From the NCBI GenBank assembly GCA_951406725.2, contig OX597815.1:147498001-147562000 (forward strand): DNA of 64,000 nucleotides, written 5' to 3'. Shown here piece after piece: positions 1-13,920 of this stretch; the stretch's first letter is position 1, and every line of letters starts with the position of its first letter. The notes beneath the pieces are model-generated. The model did not search any database. It was not told the DNA's origin and saw only the letters and a program-made list of their open reading frames with translations. Origin of the DNA: Octopus vulgaris (taxonomy: Eukaryota). The translations under genes and the position numbers were made by a program.

Positions 1-62
1 TGTTTCGAAAGCATATACACACATACATACATAAATACATACACGCTCGCGCCCGCCCGCAC

Positions 63-98
<36 letters not shown>

Positions 99-940
99 AC
101 ACACACACACACACTTATGGGCACTTATAAGTGAACGGTGGATTTTTTTTACTACAAAATGCGGCAATTTCATATAGCGAACAGTCATTAATGGAAATAA
201 ATTATAGGTATATAATTTAACTTTTATGCAGGAAATAGTTTCAAAATCACGCATGCTTAGTTACGTTTATGTATTAACCATCATCATCATCAGCAGCAGC
301 AGCATCATTATCATCAACGTCGCCGGCATCACCAAGATCACCGTCGCCGGCATCACTAACATCACCTTCATACCAACACCAACATCATTACCACTACCAC
401 CACAAAGAACACCACCACCACAACCAACAACAACAACACCATCAACACCACCACCACCCCACCATTGCTTCGTCACCATCAACACCAGTACAACCACCAT
501 TAACATCATAATCGTCACCATTGTCGTCGCCGTCGTCGTACTCAGAGATATGCTCCTCCCCTCCTCCTTTTTCTCATCATCACCATCATCATCGTCATCA
601 GCATCATTTCTGACTGATACCGTTATCCACTTGATCATTGTTTCAACGTGATAGCCCTTTCCGCAGCTCTAATTTCCATCATAATCGCTGGAAGAAGTTA
701 TGCATAAATCATAAGATATTTAATCTATTGATAGGTCTCCATCTAGATGAAGCAAAGTTAATTTCAGGACATAGCACACAAAAAAATTACGTAAACAGAG
801 ACTTGACCTGTCGATGTTTATATAGGTCTCTGAATTATTGAGGAAAAATCACTGGTTGTGAGCATGGGAGAATAAAAAGAAAGTGAAAGACATCAAAGTC
901 ATAATACACATCCGAATCTTTCTCTCACTCTATCTCTGTT

Positions 941-1007
<67 letters not shown>

Positions 1008-1152
1008 AAAACAATTAAGATTCAAGTCAATTCTAATGAATTCACTTGAATATGGTACTTAACTTAGATGCACCAGAAAACTATATGGTGTTAACCAATA
1101 CAGTAGTGTGGGGTGATTATAAACGAGAAAGAAGCAACAAGAATGGATTAGT

Positions 1153-1243
1153 TTTTAGTACAATTGTTTCATACAAAGACAGGCTTTATTAAAAGTTGCA
1201 AATATTGCAGCAGATAAAAGTGTCCCGTACTCATCAGCTAAAA
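1153..1243 (-). ncRNA. Type I hammerhead ribozyme motif (inverted copy)
   Basis: Reverse complement of 1353-1443: TCATCAG at 1231-1237, GTTTC at 1166-1170, TAC at 1159-1161. Confidence 0.85.
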
Positions 1244-1352
1244 TACATATGAGTTCTCCAAACATCGCAGCAGATAAAAGTGTCCCGTACTCATCAGCTA
1301 AAATACATATGAGTTCTCCAAACATCTTAGATGTTTGGAGAACTCATATGTA

Positions 1353-1443
1353 TTTTAGCTGATGAGTACGGGACACTTTTATCTGCTGCAATATTTGCAA
1401 CTTTTAATAAAGCCTGTCTTTGTATGAAACAATTGTACTAAAA
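1353..1443 (+). ncRNA. Type I hammerhead ribozyme motif
   Basis: ttttag CTGATGA(1359-1365) gtacgggaca...tgtctttgtat GAAAC(1426-1430) aatt GTA(1435-1437) ctaaaa. Stem I is ttttag/ctaaaa, stem II is extended, stem III is AC-AATT-GT. Confidence 0.85.
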
Positions 1444-1472
1444 ACTAATCCATTCTTGTTGCTTCTTTTCTC

Positions 1473-1557
<85 letters not shown>

Positions 1558-1650
1558 GATATTAATAGTAATAGTATGACAGCAAAAGAATGAATGGAAT
1601 CTCGATATTATGTTGAGGAATTTATCTGTAAAATTAGTATAATTAATATT

Positions 1651-1711
1651 AATAACTGACGAGATGCCCGAGCAGTTTTCCGACCTAACATCCAAAACTC
1701 GGAGTTTTATT
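1651..1711 (+). ncRNA. Degenerate type I hammerhead motif
   Basis: aataa CTGACGA(1656-1662) gatg...catc c AAAAC tcgga GTT ttatt. Stems I (aataa/ttatt), II (gatg/catc) and III pair, but GAAAC reads AAAAC. The fragment lies between (TA)n tracts. Confidence 0.6.
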
Positions 1712-1762
1712 ATGCCAACCGAATAATTTTTACATATTATTTCTTATATATATATATATATA

Positions 1763-1829
<67 letters not shown>

Positions 1830-1869
1830 GTATATGTATGTTTGCATGTATGTATGTATGTATATATAT

Positions 1870-2165
1870 ACTCGTTTGCTTCTTTGTTTGTCACTTGAAT
1901 GCAGCCATGCTGGAGCACCACATTTAGTCGAACAAATCGACCCCAAGAGTTATTCCTTGTAAGCTTAGTACTTATTGTATCGGTCTCTTTTGCCGAACCG
2001 CTAATTTGCGGGGAAGTAATCACACCAACATCGGTTGTCAAACTCAGTCACACGTGAACACGCCAACGTCGGCTGTGAAGCGATGGTGGGGGAAAACACA
2101 GACACAGAAACACATGCACACAGACACTCGTACATATATATGCATATACACAGCCACTCCTGCGC
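1870..2165 (-). mobile_element. tRNA-derived SINE family A, internally deleted copy
   Basis: Reverse complement of the tail and head of 2430-2845 and 23351-23763 (gctccagcatggc...; ggcgcaggagtggctgtgt). Confidence 0.75.
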
Positions 2166-2381
2166 TGGCAGAAACGTTAGCACGTTGGGCGAAATGCGTA
2201 GCCGTATTTCGTCTGCCGTTACGTTCTGAGTTCAAATTCCGCCGAGGTCGACTTTGCCTTTCATGCTTTCGGGGTCGATAAATTAAGTACCAGTTACGCA
2301 CTGGGGTCGAGGTAATTGACTTAATCCCTTTGTCTGTCCTTGTTTGTCTCCTCTGTGTTTAGCCCCTTGTGGGTAGTAAAG

Positions 2382-2385
<4 letters not shown>
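2164..2385 (+). mobile_element. tRNA-derived SINE family B (Nin-domain-like core)
   Basis: gctggcagaaacgttagc (A-box-like)...gagttcaaattcc (B-box)...gcctttcat-ctttcggggtcgataaattaagtaccag. Several copies occur in the window. Confidence 0.85.
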
Positions 2386-2429
<44 letters not shown>

Positions 2430-2431
<2 letters not shown>

Positions 2432-2589
2432 GAGTAGCTGTGTGGTAAGTAGCATGCTTACAAACCACATGGTTCCGGGTTCAGTGCCACTACGTGGCAC
2501 CTTGGGCAAGTGTCTTCTACTCTGTCCTCGGGCCGACCAAATCCTTGAGCGTGGATTTGGTAGACGGAAACTGAAAGAAGCCCATCGTA

Positions 2590-2638
<49 letters not shown>

Positions 2639-2845
2639 GTGTGTGTTCGTCTCCCCACCATCGCTTGACAACCGATGCTGGTGTGTTTATGTCCCCGAAA
2701 ACTTAGCGAGAATGATAGAATAAGTACCAGGCTTACAAAGAATAAATCCTGGGGTCGATTTGCCCGACTAAAGGCGGTGCTCTCCAGCATGGCCACAGTC
2801 GAATGATTGAAACAAGTAAAAGAGTACAAGAGAGTAAAGAGTATA
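2430..2845 (+). mobile_element. tRNA-derived SINE family A (CORE-like, internal TA/TG microsatellite)
   Basis: tRNA-like head (tagctgtgtggtaag...gggttcagtgcc), ggcaccttgggcaagtgtcttc core and (aagagt)n tail. Highly similar to 23351-23763 and 24797-25177. Confidence 0.85.
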
Positions 2846-3195
2846 AAACAAATTAAAGGGGTAGAATATAAGCAAATAAAACTTAAAGGCAAAATTAATA
2901 GCGGTCACAAAATTGACGAGGCTACAGATCAGCACTGCTTTTCGAAATCGTGATACGGCTATATGAGCCAAGTCTTACCTGCTCTTATATGTCATAAAAT
3001 ATATCGCTTTCATGAATTTGGAGTTAATTTAAGTCTTATTTAAGTATAAGCGGTGTTAGTCAGTACCCTCTGTCAATTTTGTGAACTCACTCTGTCAATA
3101 TATATATATATATATAAAACATAATATACTACATATCAAATATATATATATACATGTATATATGTGTATGTTTGTATGTATGTGTGTGTGTGTGT

Positions 3196-3227
<32 letters not shown>

Positions 3228-4038
3228 ATAAATGCACATCACATACTACGGTAAAAACCCCTATGCATAGACATATTTTATTTGAAGCTTGCCTTCATCA
3301 GATAATGATTAATCTCTCTATCCTCCATATATACGTCGAAAATTGTTTTGAAATATATTATAAATTCCTTCAAATCACCTCATCTTCTCATTCAGTTTTG
3401 CTCAGAATTCCCTCAAGATATTTCGTTTCCGTCTCCATCTTAGAGAAAAATTTCAATAAATTAAGAATTTATGGCGTGTGGCAGTTATTATATGACCTTT
3501 GATCTTCATTAAGAACGTTCATGACTTTGGTGGCTTTGACGTATTTGACTTTACGCTGTTCATATTTCTATCTACAGAAAATACACTTGCATAAAAATGT
3601 ACGAAACAAGTTTTCCATCTGACAATATACATTTACTTAACTGCAGTCTAAATTGGACAAACATGACGGGTTGAAATAAGCGGAGCTATGTACTCCAAGT
3701 TTTCCTCAGCAGCAAACAAAGAACGCCTTCTGTTGCAAAGTCTGTAAGTGAAATTGGCACATGAAATTTTACATTCGTTGAAGACACCTCGATAAGACAA
3801 TGTGAAATGAAGACAATGAATGCCGCTATTATTCTGTTTTTTTTCTGTCAACAGTATAGCGGCATATTTTAATAAATGAAGTTAAATTTTTCAAACGGAA
3901 TTCCGTAGCCAACTTATATTAAATACATGTCCTTTTTTAAACTTATACTGCACCCAAAGATGTGTATTATTATTATTATTGTTACTATCATTATTATTGT
4001 TATTATTAATATTATTATCATTATTATTATTACAGATT

Positions 4039-4609
4039 GAGAGAGCAGTACCTGCCATCAACTTCACACGGAGTTATAATATACGAAGCCCAGTTTACCC
4101 ATAACTACCCGTTTCGTAAGGGTACACGAGGCACATGCATTGCAACTATATGTACACCACACGGTTATCTCAAATCAAGATAAACAGCGCATGACCATGC
4201 AGGTGGGGCCCAGCTGGAATTTTCTTTGAGCTCGAGTAGCATATTCTGCTCAAAATGTCCCTGAATAAGTGTTCTTTGAGGATGTTGAACGAAACACACA
4301 CGTTTACAAAAATGACTTATTCAAACACACAAAATTTCTCAGAACACAAGGCTATGATGCTTCCCCACTACTTCTGCTCGTGATCAGTGATTCACATATC
4401 GTCAGCCACTAAGCGACATGCTCAACTGGTTAAGGTCAAACAAATGACAAGCACATCTGTGGTATTGAGCAGAATATTTGCTGTAGCCCATCTTTTATAC
4501 CAAGACAAGACAATGTACATGGTAACACTTCCAATTAGTTAAGATCAAATGCCATGAGAGCCACTGCCTGGTACTGCATCAGGGCATTGAGAGCACTGCC
4601 TGGTACTGC

Positions 4610-4610
<1 letters not shown>
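4039..4610 (-). mobile_element. ~560-bp non-coding element in a (TAA)n tract
   Basis: Reverse-complement homologue of 62346-62900. Both copies are flanked by TAA/ATT repeats. A short terminal tandem duplication lies at ~4556-4610. Confidence 0.75.
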
Positions 4611-4859
<249 letters not shown>

Positions 4860-4860
<1 letters not shown>

Positions 4861-7800
4861 TTGCCTTTGCACAAGTTCAAACGCTGTAGATGTACTACGG
4901 TGCCATTTGTTCATTACCAGTGAACTAAGTTAACACCCCTTATTTTCGAGCCCCATCCAGAGTATTCGGGCTGTTCGAGGCAGTGTTGCTTTCTGAAATT
5001 GCTCCACAATATTGCTGCCCCTATTTGTTCCACGTACTTCTCAAAATTTTTACTCACTGTTCCCAGGGCTCCGATCATCATTAGCACTACTATCACCTTC
5101 TTCGTCGATCACAGCAGCTTAACCTCCCAAGCTAAACTGTCATATCTGTTGAGTTTTCTTTCTTTCTTATCGCATATCTCGTTGTCAACTGACCATGCTA
5201 TATCTGTGATCCAGAATCGTTTGCTTTCTTTCGGAAATTAACACTATGTCTGGCTTCCTATTCATTATCTCATGGTCGCACTGAATCATAATAACCCATA
5301 GGATCATTGCATTATCATTTTCCATGATGCCTTCGGAATGTTCTACCACATGTTTTGTTCTGTCAAGTACATATTTGTTGCAAAGTGTTCAATGGACAAT
5401 CCTTGCTATATTATTATGAAGTCTCCTATTTTTTGTTCTGGGCTAGTGGCGTATATTGGCTGGTAATATGTCATACTTTTTCGCCATCTTGTCCACAAAT
5501 TCTACACTTATCGCTTTCTGCTCTGTTGTCTATTCTGCATTTGATGTAACTTATTTTTAATGCTTGTTTTGGGGTAACACGGATTAGAGCCACTATTTCC
5601 GGTTTTGAATAACTTTCCGTCATTCACAGCCATCTTTTTTCTCTATTTGTCTTATCTCCAGCATCCTTATGAAATTGACCATGCATTCTTTTCTTTACCC
5701 ACCTATTTTCAGTTACATTCGTTTTCACTTTCTTGTACAGTTTTTTATCCTTGCAATCTTTCATCTTACACAAGCCTGATCTTACGTCTAATAAGAGCGG
5801 TTCTGTGGCATTTTTTACATACCATGCTATGTTGTTTTCTTCTGCTTTAATGATGTGTTCGCATCCAATCAGTCCTCTTCCTCCTCTATCTCTTGTTACA
5901 TACAGTCTGTCCGTATCACTTTTTAGCTGGTGTATCCCATGTCTAGTTAGCATCTTCCTTGTCTTTCTGTCTAAGCTGCTTAGTTCGTCTACTTTCCATG
6001 CGATTACCTCTGCTCCATATATAAGGAGTGACACCGCCCAGGTGTTGATAGCTTAAACCTTATTCTGTCCGTTTAATTTCGAATTAAGCATCAGTCCCAG
6101 TCTGCGCAAGTACTCCACTTTAATTTTTTCTATCATTTCCTTCTCCATCAGTTTATCCATATACAATACCCCTAGGTACTTATTGTCTATCTCTTTTATC
6201 TGCTCCACAATCTCCACCAACGGTATCACTAGCCCGTCCATACATTTGATTTTGCCTCGCTAGAAGAAAGAAAACACCACACCTTTTCAGTTCGAACACC
6301 ATTCTGATATCAGCAATGAAATTATACACCGTATCAACGTGGGAACTGACTTGAGATTCATCTTTACTATAATGTTTGAGGCCATCCACAAATAACCAGT
6401 GGTTGACATCTTGTTAGCGTCTCTTGAATACATACTTAGCGTTTACTTTTCTCAGACTAACTGTTAGTGGTATGAAGCACAGTAAAAGATCGATGGGGAC
6501 AGGCAGTCCCCTTGGAAGATGCCTCTCTCCATTTCTATTGTCCTTAAACGTCTTCCATATGCTGTCAGTTCCGTCCTCCAATTCGGCTTATTTTTTCGAA
6601 GCAATCGCCCAAAACCCGATGCAGTACCAAATAGGTTCATATATTCCGTAATTCAAGAATTTGGGAACATATCGTACGCCTTACGATAATCGATCCATGA
6701 TATGGCTAAGTTAGATTTCCTCCTCTTGCAGTCTCTAATAATAGTATTGTCTACCAGAAGTTGATCCTTGTTACTACTGCACTTACACTTAGAACCCTTC
6801 TGCTCATGTGGTAGAACTCCAACTTTCTCTAGATGTCAGCACATTGACTCTGCGACAATTCCAGTCAATAATTTTCACGTAAGTGGCAAGCAGTAAGTGT
6901 CTACCGTATAGACTTTTCCGATGTTTTTCAAGCGCACCATTGTCTTACCCATTGTTAGCCATCCTGGTGTTATTTGGTAGGCATCAAACAAGGTGTTGTG
7001 TTGTGTAGCTATTCGTGCATAACTTTCACAAAATATTTTGATGCAGTAACTTTGAACACCATGTGGTCCCAGGTCTTTCCACTTGTCCATTTTGTTTTTG
7101 CTGATTTCCTTCACTTCCCTAGCTGAAATGATTAGTTCTGTCTGTTTAGGACAGATTACTGTTTGTCTCAGTTCCTGCAACCGTTCAACATCCTTTTTCT
7201 GCTCTTTGTCTTTACTCCAGATGTCACTCCAAAGCCTTTGCCTTTCAATGTCATCTTCTATCAACTTTTGATCAGTACGCTCTCAATTTAGTTTTCTGTG
7301 GAGTCTCTTCTGATCAACTTTCAATAATCTATTCTTCTGATATCTCATCATATCTTTGGTCGTATCTTACCATTCGTTGCAACAAGGTGCGGTTTCAGTT
7401 CCTCCATTACCAATTTCAGGGTCTTTCTCTCAATATAATACTTCCTGTTCAATGCCCTGTATTTTTGTTTGTTTCTATGCCCCTCCTTCTCTTTTCGATT
7501 AACACACAAATGTCCTTTGTGAGCATATCTAACCCCGCCTAGATTCTTCCTTTCCACCGTGGGTCTTTTCTTATGTCACTCCCATTACATTTCATTTTCT
7601 TGACATCAGCACCCACATTTTCTGCTACAAAAATACTTGCTGCCTTGATCAAATTATTTGTGTCTGTGATGTTTTTTTTCTGATATATTTCTGAATTTGA
7701 TTCCCATCTTTCGTTTCCTGGTTCAGTTTCCACCGATCAACCATTTTAAGATTGCAAATAATGTCGCTATCGTTCTCCTGTCGCCTTGTCTTTATTCTGT

Positions 7801-8565
7801 CGTAGATTACCTTTTGCTCAGCTGTCATGTCACCATTAATGTTATTGTCTTCTTCCAGACCATCTATATGTCTCTCGTCAAGCAAGCTATCACTGTTCCC
7901 TTCCTGTGGTTTATTAGAGATTTCAACTCCGTGTTCTGCTATGAGATACTTTTATCATTGGGAACTGTATTTCTATCGTTTCCTCTACCCGTCTTTTGAT
8001 AGATTCGAACTCTACATCTTTGAACAAACTTTTTCCTTATTTCTCTAGCTTGATCAAAGAATATATGTTCCGTGAGTTGAAACAATCCTCTTTCTCTTCC
8101 TGCATCATACATACGTTTTCGGTATCCCCTAATATGAACACCATTTTCGACTACGGGGTTGCTCAGGTAGTAACACACCATGACCACTACATTAACTTGC
8201 TTGTTCCATCTACGCCGTGTGTGCTGGTCCCTTGCTGGATAACGACAGGCTGGAGTCAGACCAGTATCTCTGAGCCTGTCGAGTGCAACACTTTCACCAA
8301 CAAGAGTTTCTGTTTCATTTCCACTGTTATTCGCAATATTTTGTTTTTTCATTGTCACTCATATGAAGTAACGATTAACAGATTGCTCGATTATCATTTT
8401 TTTTATTGTGACACCATCACTAGATGTATCATCAATCAGAGCATAGGGAAATTCCAACTGCTTCCTTTCATTATTACTATTATTATCATCACTGATATTA
8501 TTATTTTCATTATTTTACTATTTGTCATTGTGAATATTTCCTCTGATCTGCCATGAGTTTTAGAC
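4860..8565 (-). mobile_element. Near full-length decayed R4/Dong-clade non-LTR retrotransposon (RT + CCHC + restriction-like endonuclease)
   Basis: Fragments include the N-terminal RRRWNKQVN..CYYLSNP..YRKRM, RT VNHWLFVDGLKHY (YMDD equivalent), KYLGVL, DRLYVTRDRGGRGL, a CRICG zinc knuckle, RKPDIV and IGALGTV. Many stops and frameshifts are present. The 3' end abuts (TAA)n. Confidence 0.9.
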
Positions 8566-8944
8566 AAATCATTATTATTATTGTGATTTTATTTATTTCC
8601 ATTTATTATTAAAAGGTGTTATTAAATGTTGCTTAGGTTCAACTTTTGTCTTTTACTTCAGATAATCATAAATATGTGAAGTTTTAAGTTCGAGCAAGGG
8701 AGACAGCTTGGTGAATAAATTAAATTCAACAGGTCTGTAAATTGATTCCGCAGATAGTGAAGAGATCAGTAATGGACATTCCTGTGCGATAAGGAGACAA
8801 ATGAGGCCTCACATCTTTGGGGTCATCAGAGGTCAAACGTGTTTATTACTACCAGCGGTCAATGAGAGTGCTGATCTTGGTCTTGAAAAGAAACAATTCA
8901 CCTTTTTCTATTTTTAATTGTTGATAGAAAATGAATATGTATAT

Positions 8945-10050
8945 ATTGTTTTTTGTATTTTATACTCGTGTGGCATCGTCCGTTTTTCTGTTCCTGTTTC
9001 GTATACATTCGATCCTTCTTCCAAGAAATCTAATACTCGTAGCTTAGTTTTTCCTTGGGGCTGGCCGGATCGGAGTGATCTCAAGATTAATCAGCCGAAA
9101 TTGCTAGGATGATCCAGTTCTTGACTGAAGATTGAAGGCTTCGAATGTCCCGTCCGTGTTTTTTGTATCGTCTTCTAAATGTTTTATGTTCTTGTCCCAC
9201 TTTGTATTTTTCTACATATAATATATATAGCGACGTCCGTACCCTCGTTGGCCTTATGTAAGTACATATTCCTGTAAATTTGGTACGACTCTACACACTG
9301 TCTCTCTCTCATACATTTCTCTGCCTTCCACACTTTGCACTCTACTTTGATCTGTCCCCTTCTCTCTCTCTCTCTCTCTCTCTCTACTTCTCCTCCTTTT
9401 CTCTTTTCTTACCTCTGATTCTTTGGTCTAATCTTCCCCCCACTCTCTCACATTTCTCTGTCTTTCTCACTTTGCATTCAGAAGCCAATCCTTGGCACGC
9501 ACTCTTTCTTCTCCCCTCTTTAACTCCTTCCTTCTCTCTCTTCTCCCCCCTTTGTTGCCTTCGTCCCTCTTTCTCTCTCACTTTGTTTCCTTTGCCCCCT
9601 TTCTTTTCTCTCTCTTCTCTCACGTGACCGCTGGTCAAATCAGCCTTTTGGCCTCCGACCACTGCCGTGAGAACATCGATGTCTTCGTCTGCCGATAAAG
9701 GCATTTTTTCAAAATACGCCAGCTAAACTTGTTGTACTGTTTATTAGTCGTAAGACACCAGCTGTTTTTGTCCTGTTTTTACCATTATTGTTTTTTGTAT
9801 TTTATATTCGTGTAGCATCGTACGTTTTTCTGTCCCTGTTTCGTATACATTCGATCCATCTTCCAAGAAATCTAATGCTCGTAGCTTAGTTTTTCCTTGG
9901 GGCTGGCCGGATCGGAGCGATCTCAAGATTAATCAGCCGAAATTGCTAGGATGATCCGGTTCTTCGAATGTCCCGTCTGTGTTTTTAGTATCGTCTTCTA
10001 AATGTTTTACGTTCTTGTCCCACTTTGTATTTTTCTACATATAATATATA
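8945..10050. mobile_element. Element with ~270-bp direct repeats (8945-9225, 9787-10050) around a CT-rich spacer
   Basis: Two similar copies of ttttgtattttata-tcgtgt...ttttctacatataata, each ending in (TA)n. A third copy lies at ~58745-58985. Confidence 0.7.
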
Positions 10051-10099
10051 TATATGTATATATATATGTGTGTGTGTGTGTGTATGTGTGTGTGTGTGT

Positions 10100-12960
10100 A
10101 CATATTGGGACAGTCATAGCAATGAGGAGGCATAATTTCTGACTAAAAACCTTCAATATATTGTGTGGCCTATTTGCATTTATCCTTCTCCCATTTTGAA
10201 GAGAATCTTCCAAAGAAGTGCGATGTCATCTTTTTCAAACAAAGGAGGTGGCGTGTGTTCCCACTAGCTTTTATCATGGGGCAGGGCCATATCTTTGCAA
10301 ATTACCCAGTGAATATACTGTGCTGCTCTATCATACCTGTTGAAATATTCTGTAGGTACAAGAAGGCTGCACATGGAAACAACATGATCAATACTTTCAA
10401 TGTGGTCTTTATATACACCGCATATTAGGCTACTGCCGTTCTTTAAAATGGTGACCTGGTAGCTTCTTGTAGTTTGGCATTAATCTTGGGCTGCTATGAT
10501 AAAGCGTTGTGCCTCTGATGTTAAGCCTAAAGACACAAACCATTGACGGTTAAGGGCTTTGTCATCATCAGCATTATTGGCTGTCTTTGGGTATTTGCTG
10601 CTGAGAGGCATGTCTTGTCATTTATCAGTAAGAATATATAAAGTAAGTTTTAGCAAGGGTTTTCATACTATTAACTTTTCCTGCGCTTGTTTTAAGCACG
10701 TATGATTTTGAGATTTGTTGTATTTAGAATTCACTTAAATATTTCTTTGCCTTTTTTGATACTGAGCATTAGGTTTTCTTGTTCTCATGCTTTAAGACAA
10801 GGTCAATCATCCTGTCATCAGAGTTTTTCAGGTAGGTCTGTAGGCGAGTTGTGGCAATCTTCCTTGTCAATTCTAGTTCTAAATGTCCATGTTTGCCTGC
10901 TTTTCTTGGCAGGTAATGTTGTTCTATATCTGTCTTAGTGTGGTGTATTCTATGCATTCTCATCAGCAACTTTCGTAGTTTTCTGTCAAGATTACAGATT
11001 TCAGTAATTGACTAGTTACTTAATAATATTGGAACTATAAATCACCAACAGTTTGGCTAAAGTATTGATCGTTTCGTTCCAGTTTCTTGCGTTCAGCTCT
11101 GACTTGCGTATGGCCCTTACCCTGCGATAGCATTATTTTCTGACCTTTCCCATCATGATTGAGTTTTGATTCCGTCAGCTTGAAATACCCCAAGATATTT
11201 GTAACCCTCTGCTGGTTATAAATTATTTATAACCTTAACGTTAGATGTTTGCACCACTTTCCTTCTGATAAAGTTATCTTTTGCACATTTATCTAGGCCA
11301 AATTCCATCCTGATATCATCACTGCAATTTTTTACAGTTGCTAGTAAGCCCTGTAATTGTTGGTCATTTTTTGCAAACAGCTTTAAATCATTTATATAAA
11401 AGAGATGATTTACATCTTTATCAAAAATTTCATAACCATATTATACACCATCGAGCAATTTCGAAAGCAGCATTAAGGCTAGACAAAGGAGGAGTGATAA
11501 TAGAGAGTCAATTTGAAAATGAAGCATGACATTTTTACATCTCCAGCATTGAAAAATTATTTGTCACTATTCAAATCCGTGTAGTACCCCATGCTGTCAT
11601 ACTTACAGAGAAGAAATTTCGCAGAGTAGGTACTATTTTATAAATCTCCAGTCAGTTCTTAATCCAGCTATGTGGTAGAATATCAACAGCATTTTTTATA
11701 GACTATCCGGGACTATTGGTAAGTTCTAGTGTTTTTTGCGACAATCTTCCAAAATCATCTTATTGATGACTAGCAGATCTTTTCAACCATTGGACCTACG
11801 TTTATATCTTTTTTACTCATTAGGGAAGATGCCACTTTCTATTAAAATGTTATAAGTATATGCAGTCAAGACATATGCCAGGATTTTATACATTATTTTT
11901 AAGCAGGTTATGGGTCTAAAATATTTTAGTTCTTTTGTTTCTTCGTTTTTCGGAAGTAAACATGTAATGCCATTAACTCTCCAAGAGGGAATCATATTGG
12001 GTTACTGCAAAACATTGTTGTAAAGTCTTGTCAGCAATTCCTGACTCTCTAGGAAAACATTCAACCAGAAGTTAGGCATTCTATCCTTGTCTGGAGATTT
12101 CCATTTACTTGTTTTCCTGAGAGCAGATCTTACATCCTCTACATTCATGCCCTTCCAATTTTGCTCTTCTAAGGAGCTTGAATCAATAGATATTATATCA
12201 ATCCACGGGCCTTTTTAAACTTTACCCAAATTTTATTCCCAAACTCCTGCACTTCTTTTGTCGGGACAGACGTTATTGTAACTGACATTTTACCTATCTT
12301 CTTGTAAAATATTTTGGCTTATTCTTAAACATGTTGTCCTCGAAGAACCTAGAGCACTTTTCATACCTATTTCTTTATTACCCACAAGGGGCTAAACACA
12401 GAGAGGACAAACAAGGACAGACAAAGAGATTGAGTCGATTATATCGATCCCAGTGCGTAACTGGTACTTATTTTAATCGACCTCGAAAGGTGGAAAGGCA
12501 AAGTCGACCTCGGCGGAATTTGAACTCAGAAAGTAACGGCAGACGAAATTTCACTCTGCATTTCGCCCGGCGTGCTAACGATTCTGCCAGCTTTAGCAGA
12601 TACCTTTTGTTTGATAATTTCTATAGTGGTAGCGATGTAAAGTATGGATTTCATATACATTTTTTTTTTAATTTTCGGATTTTTGTTGGTTCGATATTCT
12701 CGTCATTCTTAGAGATTTTTAAACATTCCATGTCAGGCTGAAGTAACTGATTTCGTTGTCGGATACGCTCTTGCCAAATATGCTTTTTGTTGGAATGTTG
12801 TCGTTTCCTAATATTTTCAGCACATTGAATTATTGATGTCCTAGCGGATGCATAGAACTTGTGATTGACAACTGTAATATCATCATCAGCTGAAATCATT
12901 AAGTGCAAGGCCAATTACTTTCAGGTTTTTCTAAGAATTTTAAATATTCGGGACCGTGTT
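10100..12960 (-). mobile_element. Second decayed R4/Dong-like LINE, interrupted by a SINE
   Basis: Fragments: GITCLLPKNEETKELKYFRPITCL, HHTKTDIEQHYLPRKAGKHG, YKYLG-like and RINANRPHNI...LLIAMTVP (RLE). It lies next to (ATT)n at 13005-13155. Confidence 0.85.
12365..12597 (-). mobile_element. SINE family B copy nested in the LINE
   Basis: Reverse complement of 2164-2385. Confidence 0.85.
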
Positions 12961-13030
12961 ACGTTCATTCATACGGGTTTTTTTTTTATTTTCAACCATG
13001 AATATCATTATTATTATTATTATAATTGTA

Positions 13031-13114
<84 letters not shown>

Positions 13115-13801
13115 ATTATTATTATTATTATTATTATTATTGTTATTATTATTAATGTCGCTAAAGGCTAATATAATATATATACCACTTATTTCTATAA
13201 TCATTATATATCAATTATCAAATTCGTGATTTTCTTTGAGAACTACCAACTATTGCCATTGGATTCCTTTCTCACTTTACTGAAGTAGCGGTATCCTTCT
13301 TTATATTGACTTTCTAACACACACACACACAAACACAAACACACACACATACGCTAACACATACACACACACGCTCACACACACATATGCCATGCATACA
13401 ACTTGCATGTGGAAAAAACAGGATAATGTTATTATGTTGGGAATATGTTAGCTAAATGTTATAAACTGTTGCATGCAGACACAAGGAAAATTTGCGAATA
13501 TTTCGAGAAATGTCCAGTTCATAACATAGTATACATCTATAGAAGGATATGTTTTAATTAGTGTTGAAAGCAATGTTTTTAACAGCCTATGGTATCATAT
13601 ACCTTTCTGTGCTATTATAGTGAATGTCACCTCCGTTTTGGAGTTAGGAATTTCCACTTGGTGATTACACACAGTATTTACACAGTGAACACTAATTAAG
13701 GGAAAAGATAAGTCTTAGCTTTTGTCACGTTTGCTGCAGGTCGCTGGAACATCGTCGTTTTTAGAAAATTAATATTTTTTCTTAGAATTACTTGTTTTAT
13801 A

Positions 13802-13855
<54 letters not shown>

Positions 13856-13885
13856 ATATATGGTGAAGCCGAGCCATGATACGTG

Positions 13886-13916
<31 letters not shown>

Positions 13917-13920
13917 TACG

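Larger units (their letters stand above)
1004..1474. mobile_element. Palindromic Penelope-type/retrozyme-like element between (TA)n tracts (family H1)
   Basis: Inverted repeat centred at ~1328 (aacatc-tta-gatgtt), with arms ~1123-1326 and 1330-1474. The left arm has a 60-bp tandem duplication (1207-1266/1267-1326). Each arm carries a hammerhead motif. Confidence 0.8.

Noticed and set aside
226-651. 141-aa and 123-aa ORFs with Pro/Thr/Ile runs
   Set aside because: They are translations of degenerate CAT/CAC/CAA triplet repeats, with no domain or splice evidence.
9120-9160. CTGAAGA...GAAT as a hammerhead
   Set aside because: There is no intact GAAA or convincing stems, and the segment is deleted in the second copy.
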